A DNA stretch of 64,000 bases from Promethearchaeota archaeon (GTDB lineage Archaea; Asgardarchaeota; Lokiarchaeia; Sigyniarchaeales; SOKP01): the NCBI GenBank assembly GCA_019057865.1, contig JAHLWP010000015.1, positions 1 through 64,000 of the forward strand, given 5' to 3'. This document shows, piece after piece, positions 10,577 to 19,656 of the stretch (its first letter is position 1; each line of letters starts with the position of its first letter). Position numbers and translations under genes: made by a program. Under the pieces are notes generated by a model. The model was not told where the DNA came from and made no database searches. It worked only from the letters and a program-made list of their open reading frames with translations.

Positions 10577-11239
10577 GTGAAAATGATAGTGAAAGAGAAA
10601 TCAAAAGTGACTAAAGCACTGATCGCGGCATCATTTTTAATATGTATCATAGCAATTGTTACACCAGTGGTGGCGGCTAATACTAATCGCGTCTTCTTCG
10701 TAGCAATAGGAGATGATCTAGATATCCCTGGAACTACTAATATTATCATAGGGAAGATTAAATTCGGTGGAGGCAATGAGCTCCCATCGGCGCGAGTAGT
10801 TTTCCATTCAAAAATCTATGATGATTCAGGTGAAAAAGTGTATACTATGATAGGAATGCTCAAAGATGGATATCTTATGGACACCAGCTTTTCATTTTTT
10901 TGCCCACTCTTTAAAGTCTGGTTTATTAACGTGTGGCAAGTCATGGGTGAGGGAAAGTTTAGAACTACTGATACCAATATCGAGGTATATTTTCGAGATT
11001 TGCTTACAATAACCATGCCAAATACTGAAGGTAAATTTGTATCAGCACCGATTTTAATGTTACTAAGCCCTACAGCTGAATATAGAAATGGTGATCCAAT
11101 AACTGGACCGATAGGGCCAGTTAAAATTTGGGAACAAGGAAGATGGGCCCTTGCTGCGGTTATATGGTATGTTCCTGAAATTGGTGATTATTTGCCGATC
11201 GGTCCGCTATCCTATTTGACAATATCCATAGGAATATGA
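10577..11239 (+). CDS. Secreted/surface protein, paralogue P3
   Basis: Signal peptide; body closest to P1; own copy of the promoter (10433-10576). Confidence 0.8.
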   Translation: MKMIVKEKSKVTKALIAASFLICIIAIVTPVVAANTNRVFFVAIGDDLDIPGTTNIIIGKIKFGGGNELPSARVVFHSKIYDDSGEKVYTMIGMLKDGYLMDTSFSFFCPLFKVWFINVWQVMGEGKFRTTDTNIEVYFRDLLTITMPNTEGKFVSAPILMLLSPTAEYRNGDPITGPIGPVKIWEQGRWALAAVIWYVPEIGDYLPIGPLSYLTISIGI

Positions 11240-11623
11240 ATCCCATAACGCTAAGTCAATCGTAAGAGATAAAAAATAATGTAATATCTTAATTAAAATA
11301 TAGAAAAAGAGAGGAACATGTTTAGATAATTGGCTTCTCGAATGACCACACCTAAACTAAAATTCCTCCATTCTATATCTCTTTTTTTGTATTATTAAAT
11401 TTATTGAACGATAGAATCTTTACAATATTGTATAATACAAAAATTATACTTATAATTATAACATAGATTCAAAACTCGATTTAAGTTAATCTTAATGGAA
11501 ATAAACTCTTTAGAGCCTCTCATAAAAGAGATTTTCATTGCGAAGATTCTTCATTAAGCATTAGATTTAAAATTATATTTACCTTAATATTTCATAAAGC
11601 TATAATCCAAATCAAATGAATAT

Positions 11624-13588
11624 ATGTCTCACCCAGGGCTAAAGCAATTAACAAGAGCAGAGCAACTTTTTGATGATGGTAATCTTGAAGAGGCTCTTGA
11701 AATTCTAAATGATGAGAGTCATTTTGAGGGGCTTAATCTTCAGCAAAAAAGTTATTTTCAGTTTCTTAAGGGATTAATTCTCTTTTTTCTTAATAAAGGG
11801 GAAGATCTCATTAGTTTAGGCGAGACAATTTATAAAGAAGGTCAAAAATGTAATGATAATCTCCAATCTTTTGATGGATTATTTTTTATTATTACTGGAT
11901 TAGCTATAGCTGGTAAATTTGAGGAAGCGTTCAATTTTTTTAAAGAAATTGAATCATTAATAAAGTCTATTTCAAATGTGTCTAAAGAAATTATAACTCA
12001 AAGAAAAGCTCGTCTAAGTGTAGCAAAAGCTTTTGTTGGATTGCATGGTGGTAAAGTAGATTTGGTTGAGACGTCTTTAGAGTGGATCTTAGATTCACAA
12101 GAAAAATTCGAGAAATCATTCGAAATCGTCTGGGCTAATCTTCTAATGGCGAGTTATTTAGTACGAGTAAAAAGCAAGTTTGATCTTTGTAGGGAGCACA
12201 TCAAAAAAGCATTATCTCTTGCAAAGGAAATTAAATTTAATCACTACTGGATTGCTCTGTGTCAACTCTATTTTGGAGTATATTATATATCTATTGGCGA
12301 AATGGATAAAAGCTTGAAATATAACATAAAGGGTTTAGAATTATTTAAAAAGATAAAGAGTAGTTTTAATGTTGCACTTCTATTAAATAATATTGGGAAT
12401 TTATATGGTGAAATGAGTGAATATGAACTTGCTGTGGAACATTTAGAGGAGAGTATAAATCTTTTAGAGCAGATTCCTCAAAGTTTTTTTTCTATTGAAG
12501 GCACTATTGAAAGTTTAATAACCTTAGCCGTTGAACATGGAGATAACGAACGTGCTCAAAAATATTTTCATCGTTTGGAAGATATTTATAACCAAAAAAG
12601 AGACGATAGAATTGAATTTCTTTACAAATTTGATAAAGCCCTAATTTTAAAAACAAGTTCTCGAATCCGAGATAAAGCAAAAGCAGAAGAATTATTCAAA
12701 GAACTCATAGAAACTGATACTATAGCTTTTGATCTTATTATAAAAGCTCATATCCATCTTTGTGACATACTTCTCACGGAATATCGTATTAATAATGATA
12801 GTGAGATTTTTACCGAATTGAATTATTACATTTCCAAATTATTGACTATCGCGGAGAAACAACATTCGTATATTGTTTTTTGTGAAACCTTCATACTTCA
12901 AGCCAGATTAGCTCTACTAAATTTTGATATAAAATCGGCTCGACTGTTTTTGACTCAAGCACAGAAGATAGCAGAGTCCTATAGCATGAAACGCTTAGCA
13001 ATGAAAATTTCACATGAACATGATGAATTACTTAGACAAATAAAGATGTGGGAGAATTTAAAAGAATCAGAAGCGTCTTTATCTGAACGCTGGAAGCTCG
13101 CTGGTCTGAACGAGCAAATGGAGAATATGGTAAGAAAACGAATGATTGAAGCTCCTAAGATCTCAGAAGAAGAGCCTGTCACAATTTTTATCATAACAGA
13201 AGGAGGGTCAACTTTATTCTCCCACTCATTTATTGATCAAAAATCTTTTGAATCACATCTTTTTGGCGGTTTCTTAACAACTATTGATTATTTTATTAGG
13301 GAAATGTTTTCTGAAGGACTAGACAGCGCAATCTTCGGTGAATATACTCTTCTTATGAAATCTATTCCACCTTTTTTTATTTCTTATATATTTAGAGGTG
13401 ATTCTTATTATGCTCATCAGAAGATAAATTATTTTATCGATCATATCCAAAAAGAAGATGTTATTTGGCAAAATTTACTTAAATCTTTTCAAATAAGCCA
13501 GTCTATTCACTTAAAAGATATTCCCTTACTTGAATCCTTAATAACAGAAATATTTATCACTAAAAGTATTGTATATAGTGAATTATAA
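11624..13588 (+). CDS. TPR + longin-like protein, copy 2
   Basis: Homologous to 3329..5284; TPR part diverged, C-terminal third highly similar. Confidence 0.75.
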   Translation: MSHPGLKQLTRAEQLFDDGNLEEALEILNDESHFEGLNLQQKSYFQFLKGLILFFLNKGEDLISLGETIYKEGQKCNDNLQSFDGLFFIITGLAIAGKFEEAFNFFKEIESLIKSISNVSKEIITQRKARLSVAKAFVGLHGGKVDLVETSLEWILDSQEKFEKSFEIVWANLLMASYLVRVKSKFDLCREHIKKALSLAKEIKFNHYWIALCQLYFGVYYISIGEMDKSLKYNIKGLELFKKIKSSFNVALLLNNIGNLYGEMSEYELAVEHLEESINLLEQIPQSFFSIEGTIESLITLAVEHGDNERAQKYFHRLEDIYNQKRDDRIEFLYKFDKALILKTSSRIRDKAKAEELFKELIETDTIAFDLIIKAHIHLCDILLTEYRINNDSEIFTELNYYISKLLTIAEKQHSYIVFCETFILQARLALLNFDIKSARLFLTQAQKIAESYSMKRLAMKISHEHDELLRQIKMWENLKESEASLSERWKLAGLNEQMENMVRKRMIEAPKISEEEPVTIFIITEGGSTLFSHSFIDQKSFESHLFGGFLTTIDYFIREMFSEGLDSAIFGEYTLLMKSIPPFFISYIFRGDSYYAHQKINYFIDHIQKEDVIWQNLLKSFQISQSIHLKDIPLLESLITEIFITKSIVYSEL

Positions 13589-13669
13589 CTTCTAAATTAA
13601 AGAAATGCTGTTATATACAAAATTCATTTAGCTAAAATTTTATATTATACAATATCTAATTTTACATTA

Positions 13670-14224
13670 ATGACTAAAACTCAGGAATTTGGATTTAAGA
13701 TATCTATAATTGGAGATGGAGGGGTCGGTAAAACATCTTTAATAAAAAAATTTACGAAAGGGACCTTTGAAAAAGATTATATTAAGACTATAGGTGCCCA
13801 ATTTTCAAGATGTGATAAAGAAATTAATGGGGATGTAATTAATTTAATATTTTGGGATATAGCAGGTCAAGATGATTTTAATTTTTTACATCCTTTATTT
13901 TATAAAGAAAGTAGAGCCAGCATTATTGTATATAGCCTTGAAACAAATGATTTAGGTAAATATAGCTTTCTTCATATAAAGAATTGGTATAATGAATTAA
14001 ACAAGTATTGTGGCGATATTCCTGTTGTTTTATTTGCCAATAAATTTGATTTGGTGAATGAAAATAATTTTAATGAACTTGAAATTCAAGAAATTGTCAA
14101 AAAATATAATTTTCTTGGATACTATATTACTTCTGCAAAAACAGGACAAGGTGTAATAGAAGCATTTAATGCAATTATTGAAAAATTATATTATAAATAT
14201 AAAAAATTATCCTCCCAGGAATAA
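13670..14224 (+). CDS. Rab/Ras-like small GTPase, copy 2
   Basis: All G motifs intact; 10 aa differences from 5402..5956. Confidence 0.95.
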   Translation: MTKTQEFGFKISIIGDGGVGKTSLIKKFTKGTFEKDYIKTIGAQFSRCDKEINGDVINLIFWDIAGQDDFNFLHPLFYKESRASIIVYSLETNDLGKYSFLHIKNWYNELNKYCGDIPVVLFANKFDLVNENNFNELEIQEIVKKYNFLGYYITSAKTGQGVIEAFNAIIEKLYYKYKKLSSQE

Positions 14225-14330
14225 CTTAATTTTATTTCTCTTCAATCTACATAATCTCTGCAAATATTCATGATAATGAAATAGAATTTCTAAAAGAAAA
14301 AATTATTAGAATTTTCAATTTAATCTAGTT

Positions 14331-14758
14331 TCATTTTTGAAATTCTTTTGGAATATGGACAGCAAACTTACATTCCACTTTCCCTGTAAGAGGGGTTTCA
14401 ATTGGTTCTACTTTAGTTGGTTGATCGAATATGATATCCCAATATTGTTTGATGAATCCAGCACTGCAATGGCAGAAATTAGGAGAAATTTCTTGCTCAG
14501 TACCATTCTTAATTGCACCTCGTACCCAAGCACAGTAACAACTATAATATCTTTTCATTCTTTCGTCCTCAGCATTTAGAAGTTTTTTTATTTGATATGG
14601 TATTTTGGTGACAATTATTTTATCTCCTTCTCTTATTCCAGGAGTGATTGTTGGATTGCTTTTTATATATTCTACTACTTCTTCATCAATATACTGAGCA
14701 TATTCTAAAGTACCCTCTTTTTGGTGTTTTTGAACTCTTTCTACAAATTCCTGCTTTT
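14331..14758 (-). pseudogene. 5'-truncated copy of the Cys-rich DUF6144-like gene
   Basis: Only the part from KQEFVERVQK onward matches 6062..6489; the N-terminus of ORF 14849 is unrelated sequence. Confidence 0.8.
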
Positions 14759-14917
14759 GAATATTGTCTGGCATTGACTTTTGGTGCATGTGTTGGTATT
14801 TTAGAAAAAACAGCTGGATCTGATTTAAAATTGCTTCAAGATCCAGCATGGCAGAATGAAAATTTAACCAATGTGGAAAATAATTCTGAAAGTATTAAGG
14901 CTTTTCTTACCCAATAA
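14748..14917 (+). pseudogene. 3' remnant of an interrupted gene (possibly SLOG-like domain end)
   Basis: IPAFEYCLALTFGACVGILEKTAGSDLKLLQDPAW...FLTQ** begins at the duplication junction; the family guess rests on motif resemblance only. Confidence 0.45.
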
Positions 14918-14933
14918 TAAATTTTTATTCAAG

Positions 14934-15752
14934 TTAACCTAATTCAGTTTTAAGAAATGACTCTAGGTTTGTATTACTTGCAATAAAAGGAAATCTTATA
15001 TCTATTGATAAAGTTTGATCAATTTCAGTTCCATTTAAAGAAAAAATTTTGCCACCCGCTTCTTTTAAAATCAACATTCCCGCAGCCACATCTACTAAAC
15101 GGTTACTTTTTCTTAGGTTGATGAATGCCTCCATACTTCCACTTGCAATTTGACAAAGAGTTAAAGCAGTGCTCCCTAATATTCTTACCCTATAAAATCT
15201 CCTTATTAGTGGAGTTAATTTTTGTAAATCTTCCATTAAGTTTTTCATTGGTAGATTAAGTTCAAAAAAACACTTTTCAGAGATATCAAGATCCGAAACA
15301 TGTATTTTTTTATCATTAAGATAAGCACCTTTTTCTTTTTCTGCCCAATAAATATCTTTAGTAAACAGATTAAGAACTACTGCCCTTTGAATATCGCTAA
15401 TTTTTGATCCGATCGCATGGGCAATAGAAACAGAACAATATGGTATGCCTCTTACAGCATTATTCGATCCATCTAAAGGATCAACAATTAGAACATTTTG
15501 ATTATTCATTGCTTTTTCCTTATTTCCTATATATTTTTCTCCAATTTCTTCGCTGATTAACAATGTATCAACATTAGCCTTTTCTAACGATTCTATAATC
15601 ACATTTTCTGCTATAATATCAATATTCATGGAAACATCTCCACCTGCACCCCTAGTTGACTTCAATCCTGCTTCTTTTTGTCCCAATAATGGAGAAACTT
15701 TATTAAATACATTTATAGTAATTTGTTTCAAGAAGTTAATATCAATTTCCAT
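14934..15752 (-). CDS. suhB: Inositol monophosphatase / FBPase (archaeal IMPase family)
   Basis: ISEE, VDPLDGSNN, RILGSTAL, VDVAAG..I..EAGG. Confidence 0.9.
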   Translation of the reverse strand: MEIDINFLKQITINVFNKVSPLLGQKEAGLKSTRGAGGDVSMNIDIIAENVIIESLEKANVDTLLISEEIGEKYIGNKEKAMNNQNVLIVDPLDGSNNAVRGIPYCSVSIAHAIGSKISDIQRAVVLNLFTKDIYWAEKEKGAYLNDKKIHVSDLDISEKCFFELNLPMKNLMEDLQKLTPLIRRFYRVRILGSTALTLCQIASGSMEAFINLRKSNRLVDVAAGMLILKEAGGKIFSLNGTEIDQTLSIDIRFPFIASNTNLESFLKTELG

Positions 15753-15829
15753 TAAAAATCAAATAAAACTATAATTAAATTAAAAAATCAGAAATAGAAA
15801 ATAATGTTTGCTTTTTTAAGAGATTTCAA

Positions 15830-16567
15830 TCATATACTATCTCTTTCTTTTAAGATCTTATTTTTTTCAATAATCCATTTATCTACAACAAATTTCTGAA
15901 AATCAGTTTTATTAGTAACATCATATTCCGAATGTATAGTGCTTTTCGGAGCCCAAAATTCTTCTCCTGTATCTAATGTGATTAATAAAGCCTTAGGGCT
16001 CTCAACTTTAATTTTCGCTTTAACTTTAACTGTATCAACCAACACACCAAATTCTGTAGTTTCAACAACTTGAAGACCATCTCGAGCTGTGATTTGTTCT
16101 GAAAAAAGACTATATTCACTTTCCTCATCGACTAACTTTTCTTTAGCTTTAGTTTCAAAAGCGCCGCTCGTAGCATACTCTATTTTTTCAGTAAGTATAT
16201 GATCAAGCAATAAAGTCATTAAATTAATGCTTGGAAATCGAAGTTTCTTTTTATAATCTCCAATTTTTATTTGTAAGACTTGACGGGATTCATCTTCCCA
16301 ACCTACATAAATCTCTGTTTTACGATCTTCAAAGATATGATATCCTCTCCAGTTTGCACTCTTTTTATTAAGAACCTCTAAAATGCATATCATTTCCTCT
16401 ATTGAGATTTTGACTGTTTTTCCTTCTCCTTTGGTAGTTTTCTCCCAAGATCCATCTTCCTTTCTATTTATACAACTTAAGAAAATATATGGAACCATTT
16501 TGGTGGGACTTGTAACAATAATGCTCGAATTCTGCCCATAAATAGTTTTTGTATGAAAATCTGCCAT
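15830..16567 (-). CDS. Two-domain hypothetical protein (possible PC4/Whirly-like N-domain; ES.KALLI...W.PKS C-domain)
   Basis: Long ORF; domain guesses from motif pattern only. Confidence 0.55.
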   Translation of the reverse strand: MADFHTKTIYGQNSSIIVTSPTKMVPYIFLSCINRKEDGSWEKTTKGEGKTVKISIEEMICILEVLNKKSANWRGYHIFEDRKTEIYVGWEDESRQVLQIKIGDYKKKLRFPSINLMTLLLDHILTEKIEYATSGAFETKAKEKLVDEESEYSLFSEQITARDGLQVVETTEFGVLVDTVKVKAKIKVESPKALLITLDTGEEFWAPKSTIHSEYDVTNKTDFQKFVVDKWIIEKNKILKERDSI

Positions 16568-16681
16568 TATAATCAATTCTTATAAAAATTAAAAATAAAA
16601 CCCATATTATTATTTGGAATATAACAGTTTAAGGATTTAAATATCGCTAAAATATAGAATTTAACATATATAAAATTTAAA

Positions 16682-16987
16682 TCACATTAACTCAATCTCT
16701 ACTAGAACAGATTCAGGAATCTGAATCTTCATAATAAGATGCATACTTCTCTCATTAGCAATGATTTCAAAAAGACGTTTATGAATTCTCATTTCGAACT
16801 TAGCCCAAGTGCTCGTTCCCTGGCCAGAGGGCGATTTTCGAACAGGCACACGTAATCGTTTAGTAGGCAAAGGTATTGGTCCATGTTTTTTGATCCCTTG
16901 ACTCTTGCATACATTTTCAATTTGGTCACATACAGATTGTAATGCTCCTAATTCTGTCGATGATAAACGTATGCGTGCTTTCTGTAT
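16682..16987 (-). CDS. rpsJ: 30S ribosomal protein uS10, extended to an ATA start (101 aa)
   Basis: (M)QKARIRLSS...GPIPLPTKRL.VP.RKSP.G.GT.TW..FEMRIHKR; ATA at 16987 with GGTGA 7 nt upstream and an in-frame TAA two codons upstream. Confidence 0.92.
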   Translation of the reverse strand: MQKARIRLSSTELGALQSVCDQIENVCKSQGIKKHGPIPLPTKRLRVPVRKSPSGQGTSTWAKFEMRIHKRLFEIIANERSMHLIMKIQIPESVLVEIELM

Positions 16988-17112
16988 TTTTTATTCACCA
17001 AGGGAATTTATTTAAAATTTACGGTTTTAACTCTTACTCTAACTATTTAATGTAATATCGATAATAATTGCTATTAAATAAATTTTTTTATCTAACCTCC
17101 TTTTGAATAAAA

Positions 17113-18255
17113 CTAAGAAAACTGTAATAGAAATTTATTTCCTAAATTTACATTATCCAAATATTTTTTTGCAACTTTTAAATATTTTAAAGCTTGTTCT
17201 TTTGGTGTAATAGGTAAATCCCTCATTTGGTAGTCACCGTGAAACACTAAAAGGCTATAGGGGATTTCAGGATTTATCTCACTAATAAATCTCGCAATTA
17301 ACTCCACTTCTTCATGGTTAACATAACCCGGAACCATTAAAGTACAACCGCTCATTTCTGGCATTTCTTTTCCCCTGGTTCCAAAATAATCTTCAGCCAA
17401 GAATTTGAAATTTTTAAGAGTTCTGTTATTACTGATACCACATAATGCTAAATTTAATTTCTCATCGAAACTTTTTAAATCGAATTTAATATTTCCGCCC
17501 GTTTTTATTGCGATTTTCATGCATTTTTCTACTAAATCTTGTCTTCCACTTCCATTCCATTCCCAACATATACGCATTATCCTCTTAGGGTCTTGCTTTT
17601 CGATTTTCTTTAATATTAGTTCTGCTAAACTTATAGTAAAAGGTAATTGCACCTCCGGAGTACCTCCAAAATAGCATAGACAAGTAATATTTTCATTCTT
17701 TACTATTTGATTTGCTAAAAATTCACTATCAAATAGATTTCGCTTCTGAAATTGCTTATGACTACTATTCTGGCAGAAGAGACACGAATACGAACATCCA
17801 TACAGGAAAGCAGCATAACTATATGTCCCATATTCAGGTTCATTATAGTCAGAATATTCAGAATAACCTGCTGAAGTGCCTGCAGGACAAAACCATGCAT
17901 TACAACAATTGGTTGGATTCGCATCTAAATAACTATGTATATAACCCTTAGATTTTGTAGGAAAAGGCAAATCTCCTTTCTTGTTTTTTTGAATATTTCT
18001 CAAACCACAATAGCTTACATCATTCTCAGAAAGGGAACATTCATTTATACAATAATTACATTTCAATTTAATATTTGGTCTTTCTGCTTTAGGAGGTTTA
18101 TCGGGCAAATCTACAAGTTGTCTAACCTGTTTATGAACTGATAGGATATGAGCTTTAATTAAATTCCAATCTTCTTCTAAAATACAGTTCCTACATACCT
18201 GTAGAACCTCAGAGATTAGCCTATCGGTTTTTCCACAAAAATTACAAGTTCCCAT
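17113..18255 (-). CDS. Radical SAM enzyme (PflA/AmmeMemoRadiSam-like) with N-terminal Cys clusters
   Basis: GCSYSCLFCQN (CX3CX2C), YFGGTP, KFDLK, N-terminal CxxC pairs. Confidence 0.85.
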   Translation of the reverse strand: MGTCNFCGKTDRLISEVLQVCRNCILEEDWNLIKAHILSVHKQVRQLVDLPDKPPKAERPNIKLKCNYCINECSLSENDVSYCGLRNIQKNKKGDLPFPTKSKGYIHSYLDANPTNCCNAWFCPAGTSAGYSEYSDYNEPEYGTYSYAAFLYGCSYSCLFCQNSSHKQFQKRNLFDSEFLANQIVKNENITCLCYFGGTPEVQLPFTISLAELILKKIEKQDPKRIMRICWEWNGSGRQDLVEKCMKIAIKTGGNIKFDLKSFDEKLNLALCGISNNRTLKNFKFLAEDYFGTRGKEMPEMSGCTLMVPGYVNHEEVELIARFISEINPEIPYSLLVFHGDYQMRDLPITPKEQALKYLKVAKKYLDNVNLGNKFLLQFS

Positions 18256-18257
18256 TT

Positions 18258-18917
18258 TTATTCTTTTTTCTTTAATAGCAAAAATGTTTGACCAGATTTC
18301 TGTTTTGGATTGTTTTTTATCATAAATCCTTCAAACCCATTATTAATAAATGATTTATTAAAAATATTTAATTCTTTATCATCCTTTGGAAAAAATTCAA
18401 TAATCACTCTTCCTTGTTGTTTCAAAATTTGTTTTATATATTTTGCTGTGTCATTAAGGAGTTTAACCTTCTCACCATAGTTACTTTTTCCGTATGTTAT
18501 AAAGTTATACGATGAAATAGAAATAATATGATTAATGATATTTGCCTTTATAGGTAAAAAATTAATATCTGCTAAAATTAATTCTATATCTTTATAGTTT
18601 TCATATATTCTCTTTTTTTCTCTTACTCTTGAAATCATATCAATTAAAATATCTACTCCAATTACTCTAAAACCATGTTCAATTAGAATTTCTGATGAAA
18701 ATCCTGTTCCGCACCCTAAATCTAAAATTAAAAAAGAATCGTTCTTTTGAACAATCGTTTCCTCTTTATCATTCAATTTATTATCAAAAAGATATTGGAT
18801 ACTTAATAAGGTGGATCTTTTTTGATTGCGTTCCATAGATTTTGAACTATCATATTCACCAGCTTTGGTATCGATATAATCATCTGGGAATTTTGGGAGA
18901 CGATTTTTTCTTGTCAA
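18258..18917 (-). CDS. Class I SAM methyltransferase, Bud23/WBSCR22-like
   Basis: ILDLGCGTGFSSEIL, ISIS, F.PKDD, GF.G...P..K motifs in Bud23 order. Confidence 0.75.
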   Translation of the reverse strand: MTRKNRLPKFPDDYIDTKAGEYDSSKSMERNQKRSTLLSIQYLFDNKLNDKEETIVQKNDSFLILDLGCGTGFSSEILIEHGFRVIGVDILIDMISRVREKKRIYENYKDIELILADINFLPIKANIINHIISISSYNFITYGKSNYGEKVKLLNDTAKYIKQILKQQGRVIIEFFPKDDKELNIFNKSFINNGFEGFMIKNNPKQKSGQTFLLLKKKE

Positions 18918-19045
18918 TAGTGATCACATATATATAAATAATTAAAATATATAAATAACCTAAAGTCAATATAGGTATAGAGAAATTAAATTAAAATTAA
19001 TTGTTTAATTTCGAGACAAAAAATTATAGAAAAGAATTGAGATTT

Positions 19046-19441
19046 ATGTCAAAAAAACCTGTTGTGGTAGTGGTAGACGATGAGCCAGATATTCTCAAAC
19101 TCACAAAGAAATTCTTGGATTTAGGAGAAATTGAAACAATAACTTGTGTCAACGCCAAAGAAGCTATTAAAACGATAGAGGAGAAATATAATAAAATTTC
19201 TTTGGTTCTCCTAGATATTATGATGCCAGGGCAATCTGGATACAGTGTGCTTGAGGAAGTAAAAAATAATGACAGATATAACCATATTAAGGTCGTTCTA
19301 TTCACAGTTAAAAGTTTTAATGAGGATATCCAGAAGGGCAAGCGTCTAGGAGCGGATGGATATATCACTAAACCGTTTTCAGGAAAAGAACTACTAAAAT
19401 ATATACAAAATATGTTAACTGAAAAAGAAGAAACTAACTAG
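19046..19441 (+). CDS. Stand-alone response regulator receiver domain
   Basis: VVDDE, LLDIMMPGQSG, FT, YITKPF; ATG at 19046 preferred. Confidence 0.92.
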   Translation: MSKKPVVVVVDDEPDILKLTKKFLDLGEIETITCVNAKEAIKTIEEKYNKISLVLLDIMMPGQSGYSVLEEVKNNDRYNHIKVVLFTVKSFNEDIQKGKRLGADGYITKPFSGKELLKYIQNMLTEKEETN

Positions 19442-19656
19442 ACTTTAATCTCTATATAAAACTTAAATTCCTACTTGTTAATATTAATTAAAATGGATTC
19501 TTTCTTACTTATTGTAAATTTCCCAAGGAATTTTTATAGAGAAATATTTCAATTTCTAGTTTTTAAAATTTTAAAAAAAATTATTAATATGAAGTAAAGA
19601 AAAGATAATATATTTAAAAATTTAAAAACGAAGAATAACAGCGAGTATGATTAAAA

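Larger units (their letters stand above)
7158..14758. repeat. Copy 2 of the duplicated module (extra secreted paralogue; truncated Cys-rich gene)
   Basis: Colinear homology to 110..6489. Confidence 0.95.

Noticed and set aside
2372-11239. Diversity-generating retroelement as the source of secreted-protein variation
   Set aside because: Many differences involve no adenine in either copy (AGT/ACT, CCC/CTC, GGA/CGA, TAT/CAT), and there is no reverse transcriptase or template repeat in the window.
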